Shown here piece by piece: positions 1 through 7,965 of a DNA stretch of 32,000 nucleotides. Position numbers and translations under genes: made by a program. Source of the DNA: Haloferax volcanii DS2 (GTDB taxonomy: Archaea; Halobacteriota; Halobacteria; Halobacteriales; Haloferacaceae); contig NC_013967.1 of the NCBI RefSeq assembly GCF_000025685.1, positions 2,490,001 through 2,522,000 of the forward strand, in the 5' to 3' direction. Within the stretch, counting starts at the first letter, position 1. Each line of letters starts with the position of its first letter. The notes under the pieces are model-generated. The model searched no databases, was not told the DNA's origin, and saw only the letters and a program-made list of their open reading frames with translations.

Positions 1-376
1 GGCCGCCGAACGCGGACTCGGCGGCCGAGGGAAGCGAGCGGTCGTCGGAGACGGCGGCGGTGAGCGCGCCCTCCTCGTCGGTCGAAAGCGAGTCGAGGCG
101 CGACAGCACCTCGCGGAGGCGGTCGCCGCGGAGGTCCTCGGTCCCGCGGAAGTCCAGCGAGTCGTCGTCGCCCGAGAGGCGCTCCACGCGGTCTTCGAGT
201 TCGGTGATGCGGTCTTCGAGGCGGTTGACCTCCGCCTCGGCTTCCTGTCGCGCGCGGGCCGCCTCCGCTCGCCGCTCGGACTCGCCCTCCAGACGCCCGG
301 CCAACGCGTCGCGTTCGTCTTCCAACTCGGCGATGCGCGCTTTGAGTTCGGCTCGACCCAACAACTCGTCCAGCAT
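1..376 (-). CDS. Coiled-coil protein, N-terminal 125 codons only (gene runs off the left edge). Tentatively the haloarchaeal Vms1/Ankzf1-like (eRF1-fold) family.
   Basis: My own reverse-strand translation from the ATG (rc of 374-376) reads MLDELLGRAELKARIAELEDERDALAGRLEGESERRAEAARARQEAEAEVNRLEDRITELEDRVERLSGDDDSLDFRG... The frame stays open to base 1, is E/R/L-rich and coiled-coil-like, and has a strong G/C third-position bias. It is absent from the ORF track because there is no stop in the window. The family name is from memory of similar N-termini, not from a search. Confidence 0.6.
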   Translation of the reverse strand, partial: MLDELLGRAELKARIAELEDERDALAGRLEGESERRAEAARARQEAEAEVNRLEDRITELEDRVERLSGDDDSLDFRGTEDLRGDRLREVLSRLDSLSTDEEGALTAAVSDDRSLPSAAESAFGG

Positions 377-472
377 ACACGGACGCGTGCGGGCCGACCA
401 CTTGAGCGTTCGGACGCGGGGACGGGGCGCGCGGCGGGCGTTCCGCCAGCGCGACGACGGCGGCGGAGCGAC

Positions 473-871
473 TCAGGCCAGCCTGTCGTCGGGTCGGTCG
501 GGGTCGGAGCCGCCGGGGCCGCCGGGTGCGAGGTCGTCGGGGTCGTAGCCGGCGTATCGGAGCAACTCGGCGGCTCGCGGGGCGTCGGCGAGAAGCACCG
601 GTCGGTCGTCCGGGAGCGCGTCGGAGTCCACGGCGTCTCGGGGGAGCGCGAGCGTCCCCGAGGGAACGCCGTCGTCGCCGACGACCGGGAAGTGGGCCGT
701 GTCGAGTTTCATCACGAGCGGGTAATCGACTCGCTCGACGCCGCGGCCGTCCGTGTAGACGCACTCGTTGAGTCGCTCGTGTTCCGTTCGGTGAATCGCC
801 GCCTCGGCCCCGTCGTACGGTTCGACGTACAACCGACCGAGGAAGTAACTGCTGGAGAAGCGTTCGAACAT
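473..871 (-). CDS. Conserved acidic haloarchaeal protein of unknown function (DUF5802-like, tentative)
   Basis: 132-aa ORF beginning MFERFSSSYFLGRLYVEPYDG... It has an acidic composition and high GC3. The overlapping plus-strand ORFs are Arg/Pro-rich shadows. Confidence 0.7.
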   Translation of the reverse strand: MFERFSSSYFLGRLYVEPYDGAEAAIHRTEHERLNECVYTDGRGVERVDYPLVMKLDTAHFPVVGDDGVPSGTLALPRDAVDSDALPDDRPVLLADAPRAAELLRYAGYDPDDLAPGGPGGSDPDRPDDRLA

Positions 872-1039
872 CTGTGCGTGTGAATGTCAACCACGAACAG
901 TGATAAGCCTTGTCGGAACCATTTATATCGATACGCAATTCCACCGCCGAGACTCGGGGACGGCAGTCGGCATCGGCAGACGAGAACGCGGCTCGCGTGG
1001 GAGAGAGCCGGTCGCGAAAACGGGCCGGTTACGGGGGTC

Positions 1040-1360
1040 TTACTCGTCGCCGCGGGTCGCCGCGGTCATCGACCAGACGGCGACGAGGCCGAGCGCGAGC
1101 GCCGGGAGCATCGGCAGGGCCAGCATGGCCGCGAGGTACGGCAGGCCGGCCATCGCCGGCAGCGACGGCACGAGGTACACCGCGCCGGGGATGACGAGGA
1201 AACAGAGCGCGACGACGCCGACGAGCACCCAGCCGCGACTTCCGAAGCCGGTCGCTTCCGGCTCCGAGCCGTCACCGCCGACCGCGACGCCGTCGGGTCG
1301 GTGGACGTAGGTGTCGGACTCGGCGGTCGCGTCCTCCCGAGCCGTGGTGTCAGAGCTCAC
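1040..1360 (-). CDS. Small membrane protein (2-3 TM) with an acidic N-terminus
   Basis: 106-aa ORF with a GTG start that overlaps the upstream dehydrogenase stop by 11 bp, suggesting translational coupling. Hydrophobic segments include WVLVGVVALCFLVIPGAVYLV and LPYLAAMLALPMLPALALGLVAVW. Confidence 0.6.
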   Translation of the reverse strand: MSSDTTAREDATAESDTYVHRPDGVAVGGDGSEPEATGFGSRGWVLVGVVALCFLVIPGAVYLVPSLPAMAGLPYLAAMLALPMLPALALGLVAVWSMTAATRGDE

Positions 1361-2390
1361 TATCTGGGATTACGACCACCTTGCCAAAGCCCTGTCGCTC
1401 CTCGATGAGTTCGTGCGCGCGGTCGATTTCGCTCATGGGGAGCGTCTCGCGGATGCGGGGTTCGAAGGTGCCGTCCCAGACGAGGTCGAGCACCTCGTCG
1501 GCCTCGCCGGGCGTCGCCATCGTCGAGCCGATGACCGAAAGCTGGTTCCAGAAGATGTAGTTGAGCCCCGCACCCGGGTCGGGGCCGGTGGTCGCTCCGC
1601 AGGTGACGACGCGGCCGCCCTTGACGAGGCTCTTGAGCGACTGCTTGTAGGTGGCCTCGCCGATGTGGTCGACGACCATGTCGACACCGCGGCCGTCCGT
1701 GAGCGTCTGAATCTCCTTCGAGAAGTCGTCTTCCTCGTAGTTGATGACGTGGTCCGCGCCGCACTCCTCGGCGTACTCCAGTTTCTCGTCGGTGGAGGCG
1801 GTCGCGTACACCTCAGCGCCCGCGTAGTCGGCGATTTGGACGGCCGCGTGGCCGACGCCGCCGGACGCGCCGAGGACGAGCACTTTCTCGCCGGGGCGGA
1901 GTTCGCCGCGGTCGACGAGCATCCGCCATGCGGTCTGGAAGACGAGCGACGCGGAGCCGGCGACCTCCCACGGCACGCCCTCGGGGACGGGCACGAGGTT
2001 CTCCTCGGGAATCGCCGCGAACTCGGCGTGGACGCCGCGGACGTGTTCACCGATGATGTGGAAGTCCGGCGCGAGCGTCGGGTCGCCCTTCCGGGAGAAC
2101 TCGTCGCCGCCGCCGGCGACGCCCGCGATGAGTGCGACGCGGTCGCCCGCCTCGAACCGGGTCACGCGCTCGCCGACCTCAGTGACGACGCCGGCCATGT
2201 CGCTGCCGGGGATGTGCGGCATCTCCAACTCGACGCCCGGAAGCCCCCGTCGCGTCCAGATGTCGAGGTGGTTGAGCGACGCCGCCTTCACGTCGACGAG
2301 GACCTCGTCGGGGTCGACCTCCGGCTCCGGGAAGTCGCCGTATTCGAGGACGCCTCGGTCGCCGTGTTCCGTGAATTGGACCGCTTTCAT
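1350..2390 (-). CDS. Medium-chain dehydrogenase/reductase, NADPH:quinone-oxidoreductase-like
   Basis: 346 aa. The substrate-domain motif is PHIPGSDMAGVV, which is zeta-crystallin/QOR-like rather than the zinc GHE motif. The Rossmann motif is VLVLGASGGVGHAAVQIA. A TATA-like 'ctttag' sits about 30 bp upstream on the minus strand. Confidence 0.9.
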   Translation of the reverse strand: MKAVQFTEHGDRGVLEYGDFPEPEVDPDEVLVDVKAASLNHLDIWTRRGLPGVELEMPHIPGSDMAGVVTEVGERVTRFEAGDRVALIAGVAGGGDEFSRKGDPTLAPDFHIIGEHVRGVHAEFAAIPEENLVPVPEGVPWEVAGSASLVFQTAWRMLVDRGELRPGEKVLVLGASGGVGHAAVQIADYAGAEVYATASTDEKLEYAEECGADHVINYEEDDFSKEIQTLTDGRGVDMVVDHIGEATYKQSLKSLVKGGRVVTCGATTGPDPGAGLNYIFWNQLSVIGSTMATPGEADEVLDLVWDGTFEPRIRETLPMSEIDRAHELIEERQGFGKVVVIPDSEL

Positions 2391-2466
2391 CTCGACCCGA
2401 CCGAGGATGGGCAGGAACTAAAGTGTGTTTTACGCCAATCGTCTTTCCTCTTATTCGACAACCGAC

Positions 2467-2482
2467 GAATCCTCGTGGATTC
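2467..2482. promoter_or_regulatory. Palindrome gaatcc-tcgt-ggattc in the divergent dehydrogenase/regulator intergenic region
   Basis: Perfect 6-4-6 inverted repeat inside an AT-rich 234-bp divergent spacer, about 20 bp upstream of an 'atatata' tract (2502-2508). Confidence 0.35.
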
Positions 2483-2624
2483 AAATCATATCGGTGCGAA
2501 GATATATACGGCACAGGGTTCCCAACACAGTCGAGTTCGACAGTCACGCTCGCCAGCGGGTGTTCGGCGGGCCGAACAGCGGCATCGGCAGGCGTTCGGC
2601 GCCGTTCGAAGGAGTATCAGGTAC

Positions 2625-3428
2625 GTGAACGGAGACGAGACTTCAGCACAGCTTTCGCACCTCCTCGTGAGGCGGTCGTCGTTCATCCGGGCGCTCGCGG
2701 AGCGACCGCGAGACAAGCGCGGCCTCGCGGACGACCTCGACACCTCGCGGTCGACGGTCGACCGCGTCGTCCGCGAACTGCTCGACGCCGGCCTCGCCGA
2801 GCGCGCCGAGGGTCGGTATCGGCTGACTTGCGTCGGCCGGTGCGCGCTCGGCGCGTACGACGAGTGTCTCGACTCGCTCCGCGGCGTCCGCTCGGCGCGG
2901 GACCTCCTGTCGATGCTGCCGGCCGACGCGCCGCTCGACCCCGCGTTCCTGACGGGCGCGACGGTCCACACGTCGACGCCGGACATCCCGGACAGCGCGA
3001 TTCAGGAGCTGTTTTCGAGCGTCGAGGACGCGGAGCGAGTCTACGGCGTCGCCCCGGTCGCGCTCGTCGGCCAACTTCGCCCGTTCTACGAGACCGCCAC
3101 CGAGGGCGGGACGGTCGTCGAGATGGTTATCGCCGACGAGCTGTTCGACCGACTCGCCGCCGCCCCGGACTCGCACGCGGTCATCGCCAACCAGCTCCGA
3201 CACGACTCGGTGACGCTCTACCGCGGGGAAGTCCCGTTCCGGTTCGGCCTCTGGGTGACCGAAGCGGAGGCGGGACTCGTCGTCTACACCGACACGGGCG
3301 TCGGCGGAGTCGCCCGCAACGACACCGAAGCCGCCGTCCAGTGGGCCACAGCGCAGTTCGAAGCGCTCCGCGAGAACGCGGACCGCCGGACGCTCGACTC
3401 GCTCGACGAAGTCACAGACAACGGGTGA
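2625..3428 (+). CDS. Winged-helix transcriptional regulator (ArsR/MarR-like wHTH with a DUF1724-like C-terminal domain)
   Basis: This is the real 3' part of the 705-aa track ORF. The GTG at 2625 gives VNGDETSAQLSHLLVRRSSFIRALAERPRDKRGLADDLDTSRSTVDRVVRELLDAGLAE..., a typical haloarchaeal wHTH. The upstream part of that ORF is antisense to the dehydrogenase. The exact start is uncertain. Confidence 0.8.
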   Translation: MNGDETSAQLSHLLVRRSSFIRALAERPRDKRGLADDLDTSRSTVDRVVRELLDAGLAERAEGRYRLTCVGRCALGAYDECLDSLRGVRSARDLLSMLPADAPLDPAFLTGATVHTSTPDIPDSAIQELFSSVEDAERVYGVAPVALVGQLRPFYETATEGGTVVEMVIADELFDRLAAAPDSHAVIANQLRHDSVTLYRGEVPFRFGLWVTEAEAGLVVYTDTGVGGVARNDTEAAVQWATAQFEALRENADRRTLDSLDEVTDNG

Positions 3429-3499
3429 GCCGCGCCCTCCGAAGCGGGGTGTCCGTGAACCGGCGGCCGCAGACAGACGACCGCCGGGCGACGCGGGAA

Positions 3500-3505
3500 T
3501 TTTAT
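3500..3505 (+). promoter_or_regulatory. TATA box for moaB (leaderless geometry)
   Basis: 'ttttat' lies in an otherwise GC-rich spacer, 24 bp upstream of the GTG at 3529. Confidence 0.45.
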
Positions 3506-3528
3506 CGCCAGACGACGAAGCCGCGGCC

Positions 3529-4113
3529 GTGAGCGACCACGACCAGCACTACGGGGCCGACGACCACGGCCGCGACCAGCACCACGGCGAGGGGGACGGC
3601 GACGACGACCACGGCCATCACCACCACGACGTCGACGACCTCGAAGCGGCGGTGCTGACGATTTCCTCGACCCGCGACGTTGACGACGACCCCGCGGGCG
3701 ACGCGATAGCGGAACTGCTCCACGAGGCGGGCCACTCGGTGTCGGTCCGTCGGGTCGTCGACGACGACTACGACGAGATACAGATCGCGGTCGCACGGAT
3801 GGCCGACCGCGGCGACGTCGACGTGACGGTCACGACCGGCGGAACGGGCGTCACGCCCGACGACCGAACCGTCGAGGCGGCGACGCAGTTGTTCGAGAAG
3901 ACGCTTCCCGGCTTCGGTGAACTGTTCCGGCGGCTCTCGTACGACGACATCGGAACCAAGGTCGTCGGCACCCGAGCCACCGCGGGCGTCGTCGACGGGA
4001 TGCCGACGTTCTGCCTGCCTGGGAGCGAGAACGCCGCCCGCCTCGGGACCGCGGAGATAATCGTCCCCGAAGCGCCGCATCTCACCGGACTGGCGCGGCG
4101 CGACGCGGAGTAG
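3529..4113 (+). CDS. moaB: Molybdenum cofactor biosynthesis protein B (MoaB/Mog family) with a His/Asp-rich N-terminal extension
   Basis: 194 aa. The MoaB core shows VTTGGTGVTPDD, PGFGELFR and FCLPGSENA. There is a GTG start 24 bp downstream of a TATA box. Confidence 0.85.
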   Translation: MSDHDQHYGADDHGRDQHHGEGDGDDDHGHHHHDVDDLEAAVLTISSTRDVDDDPAGDAIAELLHEAGHSVSVRRVVDDDYDEIQIAVARMADRGDVDVTVTTGGTGVTPDDRTVEAATQLFEKTLPGFGELFRRLSYDDIGTKVVGTRATAGVVDGMPTFCLPGSENAARLGTAEIIVPEAPHLTGLARRDAE

Positions 4114-4178
4114 GAAAACGCCCACAGAATCGGGGGTCGTCGGGCGAATCCGACTGCAACGTCTGCCCAGTCGCGGCC

Positions 4179-4185
4179 ATTTAAG
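4179..4185 (+). promoter_or_regulatory. TATA box for ilvD
   Basis: 'atttaag' lies 25 bp upstream of the ATG at 4210. Confidence 0.45.
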
Positions 4186-4209
4186 TTCGCGCACGCGCTC
4201 CGAAGAGGT

Positions 4210-5964
4210 ATGAGCCAGCAGTCCCCACGCGAGGAGGACCCGGACGACGTGTTCTCCAGCGGTAAGGACCCGAACCTCCGCAGCACGGAGGTCACGGAGG
4301 GTCCAGACAAGGCCCCGCACCGTGCGATGTTCCGCGCCATGGGCTTCGACGACGAGGACTTCTCGTCGCCGATGGTCGGCGTGCCGAACCCCGCCGCCGA
4401 CATCACCCCGTGTAACGTCCACCTCGACGACGTTGCCGACGCCGCCATCGAGGGCATCGACGCCGCGGGCGGGATGCCCATCGAGTTCGGGACCGTCACC
4501 ATCTCCGACGCCATCTCCATGGGGACAGAAGGCATGAAGGCCTCGCTCATCTCCCGCGAGGTCATCGCCGACTCCGTCGAACTCGTCTCCTTCGGCGAGC
4601 GCATGGACGCGCTCGTCACCGTCGCCGGCTGCGACAAGAACCTCCCCGGCATGATGATGGCCGCCATCCGAACGGACCTTCCCTCCGTCTTCCTCTACGG
4701 TGGCTCCATCATGCCCGGCCAGCACGAGGGCCGCGAGGTGACCGTCCAGAACGTCTTCGAGGGCGTCGGCACCTACGCCGAAGGCGACATGAGCGCCGAC
4801 GAACTCGACGACCTCGAACGCCACGCCTGCCCCGGCGCGGGCTCCTGCGGCGGGATGTTCACCGCTAACACGATGGCCTCCATCTCCGAGGCGCTCGGGA
4901 TGGCCCCCCTCGGGTCGGCCTCCGCGCCCGCCGAGTCCGACGAGCGCTACGAGAACGCCCGCCGCGCCGGCGAGGTCGTCCTCGACTGCGTGGAGAACGA
5001 CCGCCGCCCCTCCGACATCCTCACGAAGAAGTCCTTCGAGAACGCCATCACGCTCCAGGTCGCCACCGGCGGGTCGACCAACGCCGTGCTCCACCTGCTC
5101 GCGCTGGCCGCCGAGGCCGGCGTCGACCTCGATATCGAGGAGTTCAACGAGATTTCCCGGCGCACGCCGAAGATCGCCAACCTCCAGCCCGGCGGCACGC
5201 GCGTCATGAACGACCTCCACGAAATCGGCGGCATCCCGGTCGTCATCCGCCGTCTCGTCGAGGCCGGCCTGTTCCACGGCGACGCGATGACCGTCACCGG
5301 CCGCACCATCGCCGAGGAGCTCGACCACCTCGACCTCCCGGACGACGACGGCCTCGAAGCGGACTTCCTCTACACGGTCGACGAGCCGTATCAGGACGAG
5401 GGCGCAATCAAGATTCTCACCGGCAACCTCGCGCCCGACGGCGCGGTGCTGAAGGTGACCGGCGACGACGCCTTCCACCACACCGGCCCCGCCCGCGTCT
5501 TCGAGAACGAGGAGGACGCGATGCGCTACGTGCAGGAGGGCCACATCGAGGAAGGCGACGTCATCGCCATCCGAAACGAGGGACCGCGCGGCGGCCCCGG
5601 CATGCGCGAGATGCTCGGCGTCACCGCCGCCGTGGTCGGACAGGGCCACGAGGACGACGTGGCGCTTCTCACCGACGGTCGGTTCTCCGGCGCGACGCGC
5701 GGCCCGATGGTCGGCCACGTCGCTCCCGAGGCGGCCGAGGGCGGCCCCATCGGTCTCCTCGAAGACGGCGACGAGGTGACCGTCGACATCCCGAACCGCG
5801 AACTCTCCGTGGACCTCTCTGACGAGGAACTCGAAGCGCGGAAGGAAGACTGGGAACCCAAGCCGCCGGCGTACACCTCCGGCGTGCTGGCGAAGTACGC
5901 CCGTGACTTCGGCTCCGCCGCGAACGGCGCGGTGACGAACCCGGCGCTCACGCGCGACGAATAA
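4210..5964 (+). CDS. ilvD: Dihydroxy-acid dehydratase
   Basis: 584 aa. The sequence contains the hallmark IlvD/Edd segments [53 protein letters not shown] and TDGRFSGAT. Confidence 0.95.
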   Translation: MSQQSPREEDPDDVFSSGKDPNLRSTEVTEGPDKAPHRAMFRAMGFDDEDFSSPMVGVPNPAADITPCNVHLDDVADAAIEGIDAAGGMPIEFGTVTISDAISMGTEGMKASLISREVIADSVELVSFGERMDALVTVAGCDKNLPGMMMAAIRTDLPSVFLYGGSIMPGQHEGREVTVQNVFEGVGTYAEGDMSADELDDLERHACPGAGSCGGMFTANTMASISEALGMAPLGSASAPAESDERYENARRAGEVVLDCVENDRRPSDILTKKSFENAITLQVATGGSTNAVLHLLALAAEAGVDLDIEEFNEISRRTPKIANLQPGGTRVMNDLHEIGGIPVVIRRLVEAGLFHGDAMTVTGRTIAEELDHLDLPDDDGLEADFLYTVDEPYQDEGAIKILTGNLAPDGAVLKVTGDDAFHHTGPARVFENEEDAMRYVQEGHIEEGDVIAIRNEGPRGGPGMREMLGVTAAVVGQGHEDDVALLTDGRFSGATRGPMVGHVAPEAAEGGPIGLLEDGDEVTVDIPNRELSVDLSDEELEARKEDWEPKPPAYTSGVLAKYARDFGSAANGAVTNPALTRDE

Positions 5965-5968
5965 CGGC

Positions 5969-5986
5969 GAGTCGCCGCGGCGACTC
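5969..5986. terminator. 18-bp perfect palindrome gagtcgccgcggcgactc between convergent ilvD and the 86-aa gene
   Basis: It can form a 7-bp GC-rich stem with a 4-nt loop on either strand, 5 bp after the ilvD stop and 21 bp after the opposing stop. No adjacent T-tract is present, so terminator function is uncertain. Confidence 0.3.
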
Positions 5987-6006
5987 CCGCGACGTGGACG
6001 CCGCCG

Positions 6007-6267
6007 TCAGAACAGGCCGAATCCGAACGCCCGGTACAGGGCGAGTATCCCGACTCCGAGCGCGGTTCCGGCCGGAACCATCGCAATCACGTTTCGCGGC
6101 TGTTCGGTGAACCCGTAGACGCACAGGCCGAGCGGGACGGACCGAAGCACGTCTATCGTCCACTCCGGGAGGACGGGCGAGAGCCCCGACCACGGAACCC
6201 AAAAGAGGAGTCCAGCGCCGCCGAGGAACGCGATGATTCGGTTCCACCGCCACGAGGAGAACTGCAC
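6007..6267 (-). CDS. Small membrane protein (about 3 TM), function unknown
   Basis: 86-aa ORF with a GTG start. It is hydrophobic (IIAFLGGAGLLFWVPW, LGLCVYGF, AGTALGVGILALY) and has mostly G/C third positions. Confidence 0.5.
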   Translation of the reverse strand: MQFSSWRWNRIIAFLGGAGLLFWVPWSGLSPVLPEWTIDVLRSVPLGLCVYGFTEQPRNVIAMVPAGTALGVGILALYRAFGFGLF

Positions 6268-6324
6268 GGCGCAGTCGACAGCAGCTATCGGGTTGACAGT
6301 TTCGGTGCGGAATCCGGTCGCGGC

Positions 6325-6361
6325 GTCACCGACTCCGCATCTGCGATGTCACCGACTCCGC
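6325..6361. repeat. Two copies of the 14-mer gtcaccgactccgc, 23 bp start to start
   Basis: Exact direct repeat at 6325-6338 and 6348-6361, in the spacer upstream of the 86-aa membrane gene. Confidence 0.8.
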
Positions 6362-6391
6362 GCCCCCGCGGGGTCGCCGAGCCGACTCGGC

Positions 6392-7351
6392 TTAGGCCAC
6401 GCGGTTCCGCAGGTCGTCGTCGCCGGCGTCCAGTTTGTCGAGGTTCTCGGCGATGATGTCGGCCATGCGCTCCCAGTACTTCGGGGTGTGGCCGGCGTTG
6501 TGGGGCGTGATGAGGACGTTTTCGAACTCCCAAAGCGGGTGGTCCGCGGGGAGCGGTTCGGGGTCGGTCACGTCGAGCGCGGCCCCGCGGATGCCGTTGC
6601 TCCGGAGTTGGGAGACGAGCGCGTCGGTATCGACGACCGGACCGCGGCCGACGTTGACGAGGACGGTGTCGGGAGCCATCGACGCGAACGCGTCGGCGTC
6701 GACGAGGCCGCGAGTGGCGTCGGTCAGCGGGCACGCGATGACGACGTAGTCGGCGCGCGCGAAGGCGTCGTGGAGGCCCTGTTCGTCGTCGAAGCCGACG
6801 ACCTCGTCGGTCGGGCCGCCCTTCTCCGGCGAGTGGCGCACGCCGACAGTCTCGACGCCGAACGGGTCGAGTCGGTCCACGACGGCCTCGCCGAGCGCGC
6901 CGAGGCCGACGACGACGACCGTCGAGCCTTGCAGTTCGACCGTCGGGTACGACTGCCAGACGCCGGCGTCTTTCTGTCGCTCCGCGACGTGGAAGCGACG
7001 GGCGAAGTAGAGGAGGCTCCCGAGGACCTGCTCGGCGATGTTCGGGCCGTGGACGCCGGAGGCGTTGGTGACGGCCACGTCGCGGGCCTCGAACGCCTCG
7101 ATGGGGAGGTGGCCCGTGCCGGCGAACACGCAGGCGAACAGGTCGAGGTTCTCGGCGGCGTCGAGGTCGGCTTCGCTCACGTCGAACCCGGTCGCGACTC
7201 GCGCGCGGGAGAGGAGGTCTCGCTCCTCCGCGGGAGTCGTGGCGAGGGCGACCTCGCGGTCGGGGAGCCGCTCGCGGAGCGTTTCGGCGTACGCCTCGGC
7301 AGACAGGCCGTGAATCTTCTGCCGAAGCACCGCGATGTCTGGGTCGGACAT
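6392..7351 (-). CDS. D-isomer-specific 2-hydroxyacid dehydrogenase (NAD-binding)
   Basis: I trimmed the 380-aa track ORF to the internal ATG (rc of 7349-7351), giving MSDPDIAVLRQK... (319 aa). Motifs present are VVVVGLGALGEAV (GxGxxG), NVGRGPVVD, LDVTDPEP and ITPHNAGHT (the R/E/H catalytic set). Confidence 0.9.
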   Translation of the reverse strand: MSDPDIAVLRQKIHGLSAEAYAETLRERLPDREVALATTPAEERDLLSRARVATGFDVSEADLDAAENLDLFACVFAGTGHLPIEAFEARDVAVTNASGVHGPNIAEQVLGSLLYFARRFHVAERQKDAGVWQSYPTVELQGSTVVVVGLGALGEAVVDRLDPFGVETVGVRHSPEKGGPTDEVVGFDDEQGLHDAFARADYVVIACPLTDATRGLVDADAFASMAPDTVLVNVGRGPVVDTDALVSQLRSNGIRGAALDVTDPEPLPADHPLWEFENVLITPHNAGHTPKYWERMADIIAENLDKLDAGDDDLRNRVA

Positions 7352-7406
7352 GCTCGATGATTCTCGAAGTCGGTGATGAATCTGTCCGATTCGGCCGGGT
7401 GTACGC

Positions 7407-7634
7407 TCACTCGATGGGCTCCCGCCGTCGCGGGCGACGTTTCGAAATCGTACGGGTGACCGCGACGGCATCGACTGTCGGGTCGACGACGAACCGGGAA
7501 CCGTCTTCACCGAGTTTCCACGCAACGGGCGCATACCCCTGTGGGGCGGGGCCGCCGTCGACGAAGACGAGGTCGCCCGTCTCGTCGCGAAACACGACGG
7601 GCTCTCTCGGTTCGTCCGGCTCGTCTGCGGTCAT
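7407..7634 (-). CDS. Small acidic protein with a basic C-terminal tail, function unknown
   Basis: 75-aa ORF beginning MTADEPDEPREPVVFRDETGDLVFVDGG... and ending ...KRRPRRREPIE. A perfect 'tttata' lies 27 bp upstream on the minus strand. GC3 is high. Confidence 0.55.
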   Translation of the reverse strand: MTADEPDEPREPVVFRDETGDLVFVDGGPAPQGYAPVAWKLGEDGSRFVVDPTVDAVAVTRTISKRRPRRREPIE

Positions 7635-7660
7635 TGACTCGGAGCTACCGCGGTCTCCGC

Positions 7661-7666
7661 TATAAA
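7661..7666 (-). promoter_or_regulatory. TATA box for the 75-aa gene
   Basis: The minus strand reads 'tttata', 27 bp upstream of the ATG at 7634. Confidence 0.5.
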
Positions 7667-7728
7667 CCTCCGTCTCTGGTTATCAGACGCGGTATTCAGC
7701 TGGATTCTGTTGACAAAAACGCCATACG

Positions 7729-7745
7729 TCGATGAAATTCATCGA
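7729..7745. promoter_or_regulatory. Palindrome tcgatgaa-a-ttcatcga
   Basis: Perfect 8-1-8 inverted repeat in the AT-rich core of a 330-bp divergent intergenic region. Confidence 0.35.
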
Positions 7746-7935
7746 ATCCTATGATTATCGGTAGTAGTATTTTGAAAGAGCGGTGAGCCACGTCACGGAA
7801 TCGACCGGGGAGTTCCCGTCGAGAGGGCCGAGCGGCGGCGCGTCGAGTTGCGAACGCGGCGTTGCTGGAGCGCGGTCGGTGCAGCGCGCGGACGCGCGGT
7901 CTCGAAATCGTCGGACGCCGCGTCGGTTCAGGGGG

Positions 7936-7942
7936 TTTAATA
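7936..7942 (+). promoter_or_regulatory. TATA box for the geranylgeranyl-reductase-family gene
   Basis: 'tttaata' lies 24 bp upstream of the ATG at 7966. This supports the trimmed start. Confidence 0.5.
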
Positions 7943-7965
7943 CCCGAGCAAAGTGCTGTAACGGT

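Noticed and set aside
1311-2624. N-terminal 438 codons of the 705-aa plus-strand ORF
   Set aside because: This part is antisense to the MDR oxidoreductase and then crosses the AT-rich intergenic region. Only the part from the GTG at 2625 looks like a real (wHTH) protein.
3502-5718. 738-aa ORF on the minus strand, opposite moaB and ilvD
   Set aside because: It is antisense to two genes with unmistakable motifs. The product is Arg/Gly/Val/Asp-rich low-complexity sequence with no recognisable domain. This is a typical shadow ORF in GC-rich DNA, where stop codons are rare in the antisense frame.
7352-7534. 61-codon N-terminal extension of the 2-hydroxyacid dehydrogenase ORF
   Set aside because: The extension is basic and Ser/Arg-rich and overlaps the 3' end of the separate 75-aa gene (7407-7634). 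The internal ATG gives a normal family N-terminus (MSDPDIAVL...).
7680-7790. AT-rich stretch as a possible replication origin
   Set aside because: There is no adjacent orc1/cdc6 gene and there are no repeated ORB-like elements flanking it. It is more simply explained as a divergent promoter region.
7783-7965. 61-codon N-terminal extension of the geranylgeranyl-reductase-family ORF
   Set aside because: The extension is basic and Arg-rich. The FAD fingerprint must be N-terminal, and a TATA box at 7936-7942 sits inside the extension at leaderless distance from the ATG at 7966.
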